DNA from: Octopus bimaculoides
Taxonomy: Eukaryota
NCBI RefSeq assembly: GCF_001194135.2
Contig: NC_068988.1
Span: 24,028,779 to 24,088,367, forward strand
DNA: 59,589 bases
Direction of reading: 5' to 3'
The notes beneath the pieces are model-generated. The model made no database searches and had not been told where the DNA came from. It saw only the letters and a list, made by a program, of their open reading frames with translations. Shown here in pieces: positions 39,224-50,849 of this stretch (within the stretch, counting starts at the first letter, position 1; each line of letters opens with the position of its first letter). Both the position numbers and the translations under genes were made by a program.

Positions 39224-40030
39224 ATGCAGACTGACCAGAGCTGTCATCCTAATACAGCTTCAGCACATAATAGAGGAAGGAGGAGGAAGTGGACCTGCGA
39301 AGAGAACAGGACAGTGATACGGTGTTACTTAGATAGTGAACCTAAAGGAAGGGGCTGTAGAAAACGGATGTTAACACTTTGGGTAGAGAAGTGTATGGTT
39401 AGAGTGACTGAGCAGAGATCAACTGATCAAGTTAATGCTATTAGGAGGACAAAGTGGATTACTGAATTGGGGGTAGAAGAGATCACAAGAGAACTGGAAA
39501 AGAAAGACCAGGAAGCGGGAAAAACAAACAACAACATAAGAGATACAGCTCAAACCAAAGAAGAATCTAAATAACAAGAGCACTCAGACAACGCAAACCT
39601 CCGCCAAGGCAACACCAACGACCTCTCAACGATTAGTCGGGGATGATTTTTAAGACGAGAATATCTGAAATAAACTCAACTGCTCTCAAAATTTAAGTAA
39701 AGAAATCGGAAAAATAATCCAGAATCCTTGGTCGATACCGGATCGATCCCAAAATCTAAGCCTTTCGTGCCAGTCACGAAGCCAAACACCTCTTAAAGTT
39801 TCATCCGAATCCATCCAGCGGCATTTGAAATATTTTGTCCACAGACAAACAAACACGACTGATACAATACCTCCACCTTCGCTAAGGTGGAAGTAATAAT
39901 AGCGCTACCAATAAGAAAGGGACAACGGCACCAACGACTTAAGTGATATAAGTGAAGAAGATTAGAAGATCTTAGATGAGTTGCAGAAAGTAATTAGTGA
40001 AGAAGTTTTATATCCTTGACAAGCGTTGGA
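39224..40030 (+). mobile_element. R4/Dong-like non-LTR 5' ORF fragment, interrupted by a Helentron-type element
   Basis: ORF 39224..39574 contains RRKWTCEENRTVIRCYLDSEPKGRGCRKRMLTLWVEK..TEQRSTDQVNAIRRTKWITELGVEEI, matching the remembered N-terminal motif R.KW..EEN..V..CY..S.P..RGYRKRM..IW.E..TEQRL.DQ. Acidic/helical coding-like sequence resumes after 39900. Confidence 0.65.
39573..39899 (-). mobile_element. complete non-autonomous Helentron/DINE-1-like element
   Basis: Terminal hairpin acctccacctt-cgct-aaggtggaagt (39869-39894); subterminal IR partner acctccgccaagg (39597-39609); gtttgtttgtctgt microsatellite; end ..ggcggaggtttgcgttgtctgagtgctcttgtt. No obvious TSD; A/T-rich junctions. Confidence 0.7.
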
Positions 40031-40502
40031 TATATAATTTAACGATGCGAGGTAAAATCAATCTGTTCACATTACGTACTTCGCGAGACTACAAAACGCC
40101 CTCTCAGCGACTCCTACCGACCTCTTGTCGCTACTCTTCTGCGAGTCTATTCTTCCAATACCCCAGAGGTGTCAATGAATCTCTCCACAACATCTTTCCC
40201 CTATGAGATTGACTTCTGTTGGAAATTAATATTATTATCTTTATCTATTTTTCTTTTTTTTCATTACATCTCCCTGTTTGAAATTTTCCTCCTCAGGAAG
40301 TTTAATACATACAATAACATTTTTTAGAGGTAAAATATATGTATCGTCACATTATCAAATGAGTGCTTTCTATGAGATTTCTTAGTATGATTTAATGGAA
40401 TTTGTTTACTGTTTTTAGCAGGACAAGTGGCCATTTAGTCTACCTTCGCCTTGATTCATTCACGTATGTACGGTTATTTTGATTATGTATGCAAATAGAC
40501 AC

Positions 40503-40947
40503 AGGCGTTGGCTGTGTGGTAAGAAGCTTGGTTTCCAGACACACGGTTCCAGGTTCTGTCTCACTGCGTGACACATGGAGCAAGTACCTTCTCGTATAAT
40601 CCCAGGCCGACTAAAGTATTGTGAGTGGATTTGATTGAAGGAAATTCAAAGAGGCACATCATACACACACACACACACACGTGTGTGTCTGTGGTGTGTG
40701 TGTGCGTGCATGCATGCGTGCGTGTGTGTGTGTGTATCTGTGTGTCTCTGTTTGTCCGCCATCTCTGCTTGACAACCGGCGTTTAGTGTGCTTACGTCTC
40801 CATAAACTAGCGGTTCGGCAAAATATAGAAAGCATACCACATATAAAAAGCAAAAATATTGCGGTCGATTATTTCGTCTAAATATTCTTCAAGACGGTGC
40901 CCCAGCATGGCCGCAGTCTAATGACTGAAGCAAGTAAAATACAAAGG
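40503..40947 (+). mobile_element. SINE family B, near full length
   Basis: Head aggcgttggctgtgtggtaagaagcttg, B-box-like ggttccaggttc, core gtgagtggatttg, internal (CA)/(TG)n, tail ggtgccccagcatggccgcagtctaatgactgaagcaagtaaaa. Confidence 0.85.
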
Positions 40948-41536
40948 TAAATATAACTGTATACCTAAGTTTTTGTAATATGGATTATAGGTTTTAGACA
41001 TTGTTGAGTTGTATATATCCCTAAACGCTTGTCATGGCTAGTGTATTTAAAAGTTTTGTAGTTATTTGCTCTTATAGGAAATAAAGAAATCTCTATTGTT
41101 ATTTTTTTTTACATAATTATTAATGTTGTTTATTTTTGAATTTTGCCGCGGAAAGACGTGTCTTAAAGCAGCTCCCGGTTTGACTTGATATAATATTTGT
41201 TTTCTCTAACGTAAGGAGATGTGTTGTGTTAGCTTTGTTATTTTTATATAAAGGCAGAAGACGAGAGCTTAATTTTTTTTTTATATATTTCTTTTTTTTT
41301 ATAAATTGAAGGAAAGAAATTTTGCTATTTGCTATTTCTTTCGAAATATAAATTCTTTTCAACAAGAAGACAAGGCTACGGTGACGGCAATGGAAGAAGT
41401 TTTCACAAAAAAAAAGTCGTTACAAACATCCTGTTTCGGAGAATGAGAAAGAAAATGCAAATCTTTTGTGTGTTAGGAACATTTGCCCAAATAGCATTAA
41501 TAATTCCAACATTGAAAACAACACTAACAATGACAT

Positions 41537-41595
41537 CATGAATAATAATAATAATAATAATAATAACGATAATAATAATAATAATAATAATAATG

Positions 41596-41632
<37 letters not shown>

Positions 41633-41869
41633 GGAGAGAAAGAAGAAGAAGAAGAAGATGGAGGAGGAGGAGGAGGAGAAAAAGAACAACAAAAATAGTA
41701 ATGATAATAACAATCATAATGATGATGATGGTAATAATAATAGTAATAATAATAATAATAATAATAATTATAATAATAATAATGCGAAGAAAAAGAAGAA
41801 AGTGGAGGAGAGGGAGGAGGAGAAAAAGAACAACAAAATAGTAATGATAATAACAATCTTAATGATGAT

Positions 41870-41956
<87 letters not shown>

Positions 41957-41970
41957 AATAATAATACTGC
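41537..41970 (+). repeat. compound (AAT)/(GAA)/(GAG)/(GAT) microsatellite with a duplicated ~74-bp mixed core
   Basis: ggaggaggagaaaaagaacaacaaaa(a)tagtaatgataataacaatc(a/t)taatgatgatgatggtaataataata at ~41669-41742 and ~41813-41885. Confidence 0.92.
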
Positions 41971-42326
41971 ATAACAAAACAAATAAAAAAAATGTTATTC
42001 TTAATGTAGACACATTTGAATACGACGCCAAGAACAACAACAGTTACATCAGGGACAATAGTAATTTCTGTCAAGAAATATTGGGAAAATAACTATAGCA
42101 ATGAAAAGAACGACATCGAAAAACAAGCATATTTGCAAAAGCCATGTGTTCATGCATTGATTTCTATGTTAATATGGAAAAAACAGAAAAACGGGAAAAA
42201 AATGCAAGAGCTACGACCACGCGTTAGAATATCCCATAAGATAAGGCATCTTGAAAAACCCACGTGAAAAAGATTAATGAATTCAGGCCATACACTCCAT
42301 ATATGACATGCAACGAAGTGACTCAC

Positions 42327-42407
42327 CTTTGGAATAATTGACGTTCTTGTTTTTGTTGTTGATGTTGTTGTCATCACTGTATCACTGTTGCTGGTATCCT
42401 TTAACCC
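42327..42407 (-). CDS. weak candidate 81-nt Thr-rich exon
   Basis: gactag|GGG...AAG|gtgagt. Reads GLKDTSNSDTVMTTTSTTKTRTSIIPK. Consensus donor, poor acceptor. Confidence 0.2.
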
Positions 42408-42756
42408 CTAGTCAATCCATCAAGTAGCAGAACTATATTTAACACATTCCAGCCGAGAAAGGTGCGTGCTATTTTTTTTATGAGATATGAAGCGGGCAGT
42501 ATTATCTGCTCTTTATTTAAGACAGTAACGTTCGATTTGAGGGATTCATAGCTGTTATTTGAAGAAGGTTGAACAACTACCTAAATGCTATCTTTTCGGC
42601 TGTTGAGACATTTTGTTTGAAGTAAAACGCCAGTGTAGTACACGCGCTGTTCATAACGATATATTTGTAAAGATGAGGGCAATAATAGTACCGAGAGAGA
42701 TCTCTCAGTTAGTTTAAGGCTGTCCTTATAAAATAAGTTGATGAAGGTAGTCTAAG

Positions 42757-43400
42757 ACAGTAGGTTGAAAAGTTCATAGACTGACTATGAAAGAGCCATG
42801 CTAGCGCTGTGAAATCTTGCATGCATTTAATCTCAAACTGTTATTATTACCTCCGTCTTAGCGAAAGCAGAGTCATTGTTTCTAGTCGTGTTTGTTTGTC
42901 TGTGGACAAGATATCTCAAGAACCACTGGATGGATTCGGATTGAACTCTCAGGGATGTTTGGCCTCGTGACTGACACGAACTGATTAGATTTTGGGATCG
43001 ATCCGGTACCGGACAAAGATTCTGGTTAATAATTACATTGCTTTTTTTTTCTAGGTTATCTGGCATTTGTCTGTTCAAAGAAGATTTCAAAATTAACTAG
43101 AAGCGATTTCACTTGAAGATGAACAGGATTGGGTATGTTCGTCTTATGCAGGACTTAACAGAAAAAGTGTTTAACCGCAAAGGACATTCGTACTGATTTG
43201 GTTGCTACATTAAAGGATGACGCTCAACAGTGCAAAAGTGGGCAACTGAATTTAAGAAGAGAAGGGCGAGTCTAGAAAACGACCCAAGTTCTGGACGTTC
43301 TGCAACTGCCAGCATTGGTAAATATGAGAAAATCGCAGTATGCAACTGTACTTTGTGACGACAGGAATACTCGCGCTCACCACCGATATTATTGACCGCA
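42757..43400 (+). mobile_element. mariner-type transposon 5' fragment (TIR-like end plus N-terminal HTH region), interrupted by a Helentron-type copy
   Basis: End ..gtaggttgaaaagttcatagactga. Frameshifted MNRIGY / LTAKDIRTDLVATLKDDA / TVQKWATEFKKRRASLENDPSSGRSATA matches the mariner motif TV.KW..EFK.GR.SLEDD.RSGRP.TA. Confidence 0.8.
42841..43100 (+). mobile_element. second, 3'-truncated copy of the Helentron/DINE-1-like element
   Basis: ttattacctccgtcttagcgaaagcagag..agtcgtgtttgtttgtctgtggacaa..ggatggattcggat..ttagattttgggatcgatccggta aligns with the reverse complement of 39720-39899. Confidence 0.8.
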
Positions 43401-43599
43401 AATATGCAAGCATAAATCATTTCAGACTTGTGACGGATGGGAGAAAGACGTTGATTGCAATTGTGGCTTCCGATTAGCCAGACATTCTGTTGCTGAAAGC
43501 AAAATGTCGATCGAGTTATTGAGCCACCGTAAAGTGACTAAACAAACTATGTACATGTGGCAATAAATATTAACAGAAGCTGTTGTCACTCGGTGTCCC

Positions 43600-44690
43600 C
43601 AGTTAAGAACTATAACAATATGTCGTGAACGAGGTGGAGGAAAATGAGTTCGATTCCGTACAGATGTGGGAACGTAATAAATTCAACACTTCGAAAACGG
43701 AATCGCATAAAATGCATTCCTCGAAAAGCGGGAACTCATTCTAGTATCCAAGAGCAGGAGAGAAGTTCATAATTCCATAATTCCAAATAGCAATACACAA
43801 CTGATATATGTAATGGAGAAATATCAAGGTCATTTATCATGAAGCAAATGTTGATAGGATTCGGACTCAAACTAATCCAAATCCCTATACAAGAAAACAA
43901 TATTTTCTTTTCTATGGAGGTGTAAATGAAGCAACTAACAGCAAATTGGGGAGGTGATCTAATTCAAGTTTTCATATCTTTTTCTCCTTGCTCTGAACAC
44001 AAACCTAGATTTACTTTGAATCGGTGGTAGACATTTAACTCAACAATGAGAAGGCGTTGAGATTTCAGTCGAGGGAAACTTCCTGGTAACATCATTATAG
44101 TAGTCTTTTAGTCACGTGTTTGAATTAGATGGTGGCGTTTTTAAACAGCTTAGCCATTTTTTAACAGACCCAACACCACTTATAAACGTCCAACGGATTT
44201 CTCGTATGCGGCAATGAGCATTGGTTAAAGAGTGATTAATCATAAATATAATTACGTACCACAAGTTTGTGATATGTTCAGTCACATTAGATAAGTTGCG
44301 AGTTGGTTAAGTTTAGGTCAAAGAGGAAGTTAGACAACAGACTCGATGGTTGCATGCACAAAATATATTGCAGCTGAAGTTTTAGCCGAAGCTTGCGTCG
44401 TGGCAATTAGAAAGCTTCTTGATCTTATAAAAATAGCAACCAAATCTATCTTAAATCATTGTCTCCTAATTGAAAAGGCAGGATATATTGGATTATGTAA
44501 CCCTAGACGCAGTGTATCTGAAAACATTGGATATAGTAACATCTTGATCACAGGCGTCATAGATCAGGGCTGACCTGGAATTGAATGATGAGGACAAAAC
44601 GAAGATTGCTTTGTATAAGCTATGTGCTCAAAGACACAATCGACGAAAGTTGTTTGATGGTCAAAAGTGGTGATTCGTGCAACGAACCAA
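43600..44690 (+). mobile_element. probable upstream part of the Academ-like transposase remnant
   Basis: Scattered collinear motifs: VAFLN, KFVI/MFS-HI, DS..VLAEACVVA, ALYKL. These compare with remembered AFLNPGQ, KFVIMFGGLHIE, DSGW..ALAEAGVA and SLYKL. Confidence 0.4.
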
Positions 44691-46029
44691 CAAAATTAGG
44701 ATGATTGTGCGCATGAATATATGTGTATATAAATTGTTTCTGTGCATAGAATGCATGTATGTATAGAGTGTATGCTTGTATTTAGTGGGTTTAATGTACA
44801 TATAACCCTATTGATTATTGTAACGTTAACAAAACGTATAAAAATTAAGTCTTTATAACTTGAAAGTTTGAACAAAGCGGCATTCTTCAGTAACGGACAT
44901 AAATAAATAAAGCTAAAATCAAGGCGTATTAAAAAGTTAACGCTCAACTATTTTAGCTGTATATCTATCGAGAAGTTTTTTTTAAATTACAATGAAAAAT
45001 ATTGTTGTAAAGGTGGTTTAAAATATATTGAGGTATATTAATAAGTTGAAAAGAAAACGGTATTTTTAAAAAGAAATTTCTATATTTTTTTTATTATAAA
45101 ACATTTTAACTCGTATTTACGTGAATTAACAATGAAATAAATAATATTCGTAGGAATATATAGAACTATTATTTTGTTTCCGATGATATAAGGAAGCTAC
45201 AACAAAAACTATAGGTAATGCCAAATAGAAAGGAAACGTCAAATCCGGAGAAAGTAAGTATTTGAAAAAAAAATTTAATTTTTCCTTTAACCAAAATATA
45301 AGACATTGAATGAAATCAATAAACTATTAACAATGGCTAAGTGTCTGCGAAATGTATGGATTTATCTAAGTAAACAAATTAAGGAACCCTCATAGAACAA
45401 TTATCTTTAAAATTTAACGTTTCTTTTTTTACTTTAATATTACGACTCAAAGAACTAACTGTTTTCAGAATTGGTTAATAAAATTTTATATATCGTGTTA
45501 TCTTTGAATATATCGGAATGATTGTCATGGAAGTTTGTAGGAATAATAAATGGCAGAAAAATAAACATGCTCTATACAAATAACATGATGTTATACATCA
45601 CTGTTAAAAGATAAAGACAGTAATGGTAAATTGCTAGATGTTGTTCAAAAAGCAATTTAAAATGTAAAGAACAGAAGTATTCTTAAAATAAAAACAACAT
45701 TGTAGTTAAGAAAAAACAGATAGTGAAGTGATTATCTTATGACATTTAAACGGTATTGTACTGATGAAAAATCTGTTGGAAATGAAAAATGTTTATGGAA
45801 GGTTTTTGTCAGTTCATAGTTATTGTCAAGTAGCTGAATACTATATGTAATGAGTTAATTCACATATACCTAGTAAATAAAGCAACATATTTGCCTTGGG
45901 GATATCTTAGGGTGTATCTATTAATATTAATCTAGGAGCCATTTCTGTCTTCGTGTTCTAAAACAAAAATTATGCATGTAAAACACTAAAATTTTAGGTC
46001 AGGTGATATAGCTATGACAAAAAAAAAAC

Positions 46030-47960
46030 GACTCAGCAACCGGCGCCCATCCGATAAAACTCCATTTCGGAAATGATGAAATTATTAACAATTTTGCTTG
46101 ACATTCTTGTTCCTTTCAAAAAAATTGATATTTGAAAGTAAAAACATTGGAATTAACCCAAGCAACGAAAATGAGCACGCACAACTTCGATGATAAACGG
46201 AAATGTCCACATTTTCTACATGTAGCTCGTATTGAGAAACTGCACATGAATGAAGGGATCACTAAGACCAGGTTAACGAGCCATCAGCTAGAACGATTTC
46301 CTAAGGTACAAAAACAGAACGCTGGCAGATAGCCTGGCCTCGTTACAAGGGTGACATGAGAAATATGTTGAAGGAAGCTCTGAACTTTCGAGATTCATCA
46401 GAAGATAGTTTTGTCTTGGTTACAGTCGTTACGATAGTCGGTGAAACCATCTTAAATCATAAAATTTAAACTTTCAATGGTTTCTAATCACCAGAATATT
46501 AGGCCGACTCACCATTTTTGAAGTATAATACGATATCTGGCCTTCTGTAATGTGTTGAGGATTCCATACAATCAGAAAGACATTCGACATGCAGTTACAC
46601 AGTCTTGGATAGTACCGTTATATACATCTGCTTATCTCCTACAAGCATCAATGACTCCTATGTCTATGCTGTGGAAGTAGTTGTAGATATCTACGATATT
46701 GAAGTTGTCATAGATATTGCGCAATATGCATAGAAATACACGTCTGGAACTTTTTTTAAGAGTGACACTTACATAGCAGTGAGTTTGAAGGAATTTATCC
46801 AAGAAGGCAAGGTAAGGCCATGCACCAAAAAGAATCGGATGAGGCCAAGAGCAAACAGTGCTTCCGTGACTCAATAAATAAGAAGGAATATATTTACCGT
46901 TTTATTTGTAACTTGGAAAATTCAATCGTTAAAAAGAGCTTCTCTGAAATTGTATATGATACATTAGGAAACGCCATGTTATTAGCGTCCCTATGTACAA
47001 TTAAAAGAGAGAAGGCACCGAGAAAAGACTATTCCTTTGTACAAAAGAAATAGATGTATTTATCCACGCAGTAATAATCTTTGATTTGTTTGCGACTCAA
47101 CCTCTGGTTTCAATCTGGTTGGTCTGAGAAGAATTATTGGTTTTACTTCAAAAATTGCCGTGTTCGAGTTTCAAATATCATGATGACGAGCACTTCATAT
47201 GTGCCGTTCGATTTGAGGGTGCGATACAGTATTTGCTCGCAAGGACAGGAGTGAGAATCCGTTTGATAGATGTGGTCTGGATGATGGAACCACAGACAGA
47301 TGTGCATTTTACTGAGCAACATTTTGAGACGCTGAATATTGACAACACACGGGAAAACCTAGAGAGAAATTTACATGAACGTATACTTAAGTACAACAAA
47401 TCTAATTCGTTGACATCTGTTCAGAAGAAAAGAGAAATGTACTGTTAGAAGTATGGAACAAAGACAAACTTCCATTCACCAGTGATATACGAGGGGGTGC
47501 TGAAGAGTTCCTGGCTTTAGATAAAAGAAATACAAGTGGATCAGCTAATTATGACCTTATTCAGAATATTTCTCTCTCAGAATCACACACTTATTGCAGT
47601 GGTCCTTCAATTTTTCTAAGCCCTGAAATGTAACACGGAAGTTTGAGCCCTCAACCAGGCTTTTCGCGATAACCTTACGGCCAGAAATATTTCAGCACTC
47701 CCTCCATCTATACCAGGATTTTTAATAAGCTTTGTATCAAGCAGGGATCGTGAGGATCAGCATATAAACACAGCCACTAGACCCTTCTCCATAAGATTTT
47801 GGCTGAAACACTGTGACAGAACCTTTGAAATCATTTCAAGAAAAAATCCAGAGGTCTCAAAAGCGTTTACAAAACTGGTCACCTGTTCTTGTCAAAGATA
47901 CCACTCCGACTGCATGCGGGCCAGAGCAAATTTAACTAAAGTCGAATAGAACGTTGTAAA
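46030..47960 (+). mobile_element. decayed Academ(X)-like transposase gene (XPG-like nuclease region and Cys-rich C-terminus)
   Basis: Collinear frameshifted segments: NTISGLL*CVEDSIQSERHSTCSYTVLDSTVI, SLKEF, FRDSINKKE, IDVFIHAVIIFDLFATQPLVSIW, RAL..*GCDT, TLNIDNTRENLER, KYNKSNSLTSV, DKLPFT, ALYQAG, DPSP*DFG*, PEVSKAFTKLVTCSCQ..CMRARANL. Confidence 0.7.
47490..47705 (+). mobile_element. Tc1/mariner-type MITE (216 bp) inserted in the Academ-like ORF
   Basis: ta|cgagggggtgctgaagagttcctggc ... gccagaaatatttcagcactccctcc. The 26-bp TIRs match at 20/26; TA lies immediately to the left. Confidence 0.85.
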
Positions 47961-48867
47961 CAGCGTCTTAGTGGTGCAAATACCACACAGCAATTCCACG
48001 TATTTTATTCGGCGATATTCTTGTCGGTTTAGGACTTATTTCTCTGAAATATGTCTGTAAAATTTACATGAATGTATATATTTTAATAATGCTTTGGATT
48101 ATTTAGGTTTTTGCCTAACTCCCAAGTTTGTAAAACAGCGAAGATTTGTTACAGACACTAGGCATCTAAGAGACGAATTTCTTTAGTATTTCTTATCTTT
48201 ATATTTATTTTTAATAATTAATTTTTATGCATTTTTCTAAATATCTGGAGAGATTATTGTCTAATATTTATTAATTGGACCCTAAGGAGCCTCATACCAA
48301 ATATGATGTATTTATCCGCCAGTTACTGTTAATTCCACTAAACCGCCAGATAAATAAATGAAATTCAAGACGCCATACTGAACGGATATACCTTATGAAA
48401 AATATCTAGATAATTACATTCAGGGAAAATAATTACAAATATGTGAGTATTAATATTTCCTATAGGATTGGATTAAAAAAATATGGAGATAGATACTTCA
48501 AGTAATAATAATCAGACGTATATGTAGTTGGAGAAAATTGTATATAAAACATGCAAATATTTGCTGAGAGAAATCTGTTTGAAAAACGGATTAGTTAGAA
48601 ATAATGATGAAAGTATATGAATGAAAAGACACATATTAACATTCACACATGCGTCTGTCACTCCTAATATGTGTATACATACAATACATATACAAATATC
48701 AACATCCACACCCACATACGCATATGCATACATATACATGACATAGTAACGCATGGCCCCCATTATAACATACGGCATGACTTGGGGTCCTTAAAGCCTC
48801 CCAAAACCGATCCACCTCTCGTCTGATCACAGCTAACTTCTTTCAGAAAGAGATAGATAGTAAATGG

Positions 48868-48958
48868 AAGAATCGACACCAGTACACTACATGTATTTTA
48901 TTTGCTGATCCCGAAATGATAAAAAGCAAAGTATACCTCGGTAGAATTTTAACTCAAT
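48868..48958 (-). mobile_element. SINE family A core remnant
   Basis: atcgacaccagtacac..gatcccgaaatgataaaaagcaaagtatacctcggtagaattttaactca resembles the family A core at 14180-14265. Confidence 0.65.
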
Positions 48959-49445
48959 AGGGGATTTAAACTGAGAGCTCCTGACAAAGACCCTATTATT
49001 TAAGTCATGATATCCACGATATTCATATATTTTATATAAAATAATGAATACATTTTGTTTTGGCATTTGGTTTGTAAGATTATTTATGTGAATCCGTGAG
49101 TTGAAGCATATTTTATTGTGTCTGGGGACAGTCTTTCTCTTTTAGTGCCCTATTATTTAACACATTCACCGGTTCGATTTCCACTCATTTAGTTATTTAT
49201 TGTTCTAGTAAAACTAAGTACCTAAATGAGTGGAAATCCAACCAGCTTTATCGAACAATTAAACAATAAATGATAATTGAAAATAATTAATAATAAGTAA
49301 AACATTAAAACGAATATAACTAATTTATAACACGAGAAACCAACAACGGGATTGAAAAGCAAAGTGCATGATATCGTACAAACTTCTTATTCTCAATCTC
49401 TGGCATATATATGTGTGTGTGTATGCGTGTGTGTATGTGCGTATG

Positions 49446-49492
<47 letters not shown>

Positions 49493-50643
49493 NNNNNNNN
49501 NNNNNNNNNNNNNNNNNNNNNNNNNNNNNNNNNNNNNNNNNNNNNNNNNNNNNNNNNNNNNNNNNNNNNNNNNNNNNNNNNNNNNNNNNNNNNNNNNNNN
49601 NNNNNNNNNNNNNNNNNNNNNNNNNNNNNNNNNNNNNNNNNNNNNNNNNNNNNNNNNNNNNNNNNNNNNNNNNNNNNNNNNNNNNNNNNNNNNNNNNNNN
49701 NNNNNNNNNNNNNNNNNNNNNNNNNNNNNNNNNNNNNNNNNNNNNNNNNNNNNNNNNNNNNNNNNNNNNNNNNNNNNNNNNNNNNNNNNNNNNNNNNNNN
49801 NNNNNNNNNNNNNNNNNNNNNNNNNNNNNNNNNNNNNNNNNNNNNNNNNNNNNNNNNNNNNNNNNNNNNNNNNNNNNNNNNNNNNNNNNNNNNNNNNNNN
49901 NNNNNNNNNNNNNNNNNNNNNNNNNNNNNNNNNNNNNNNNNNNNNNNNNNNNNNNNNNNNNNNNNNNNNNNNNNNNNNNNNNNNNNNNNNNNNNNNNNNN
50001 NNNNNNNNNNNNNNNNNNNNNNNNNNNNNNNNNNNNNNNNNNNNNNNNNNNNNNNNNNNNNNNNNNNNNNNNNNNNNNNNNNNNNNNNNNNNNNNNNNNN
50101 NNNNNNATATATATATATATCTGTGCAATTGCGTGTGTGTGTGTATGTGTGTGTAAGTAGGTGTGTGTATGCATGTGTGCTGTATATGAAGATGCGTTTC
50201 GGATAACTGCTTTTATTCTCAATTTCAGTTTTCGTTGTGCTAAGATTTGTATTCCTCGCTGAGTTTTCTTCTTTTTTTTTATCATCTTTCTCAGACATTA
50301 TCTGCCTCTTTCACACACAGCATGTATATTCATTCCAATTGAAAATATATGCTCGACAACGACGCTAACTTTTCAAGTTTCACGATTTGCCACAAGGAAT
50401 GCTATATACATCTGGCCTTGAAGAAATTCGTGAGACTTAAATTATTGGTACCAGCAACGGTTTGACTTTAAACTTAAAACAAAAATATGCTTTACATTCA
50501 AACATTATTTCTTGTGAAACAGATATCACCAATCAACCAGCTTATTTATTTTCTTTCATCTATTTCTCCATTACTGATGCCCGCAATTTTTTTTTATTTT
50601 CTTGCAACAATACTCTTCTCTTATTATTTTCTTTTTTGGACGC

Positions 50644-50674
<31 letters not shown>

Positions 50675-50703
50675 CAGAGAGAGAGAGAGATTTTGTGTGT
50701 GTG

Positions 50704-50743
<40 letters not shown>

Positions 50744-50747
<4 letters not shown>

Positions 50748-50753
50748 TGGATG

Positions 50754-50848
<95 letters not shown>
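50744..50848 (+). repeat. (AGAT)n tetranucleotide microsatellite
   Basis: Direct reading of the sequence. Confidence 0.97.

Positions 50849-50849
<1 letters not shown>

Noticed and set aside
41403-42092. Poly-Asn/Ile/Leu/Tyr ORFs (for example 41466..42092, 208 aa)
   Set aside because: Produced by (AAT)n/(GAT)n/(GAG)n tracts; open on both strands with no non-repetitive domain.
47110-47260. NDK-like motif GFNLVGLR / AVRFEGAIQYLLARTG
   Set aside because: Short chance resemblance; neighbouring frames are better and collinearly explained by the Academ-like transposase.
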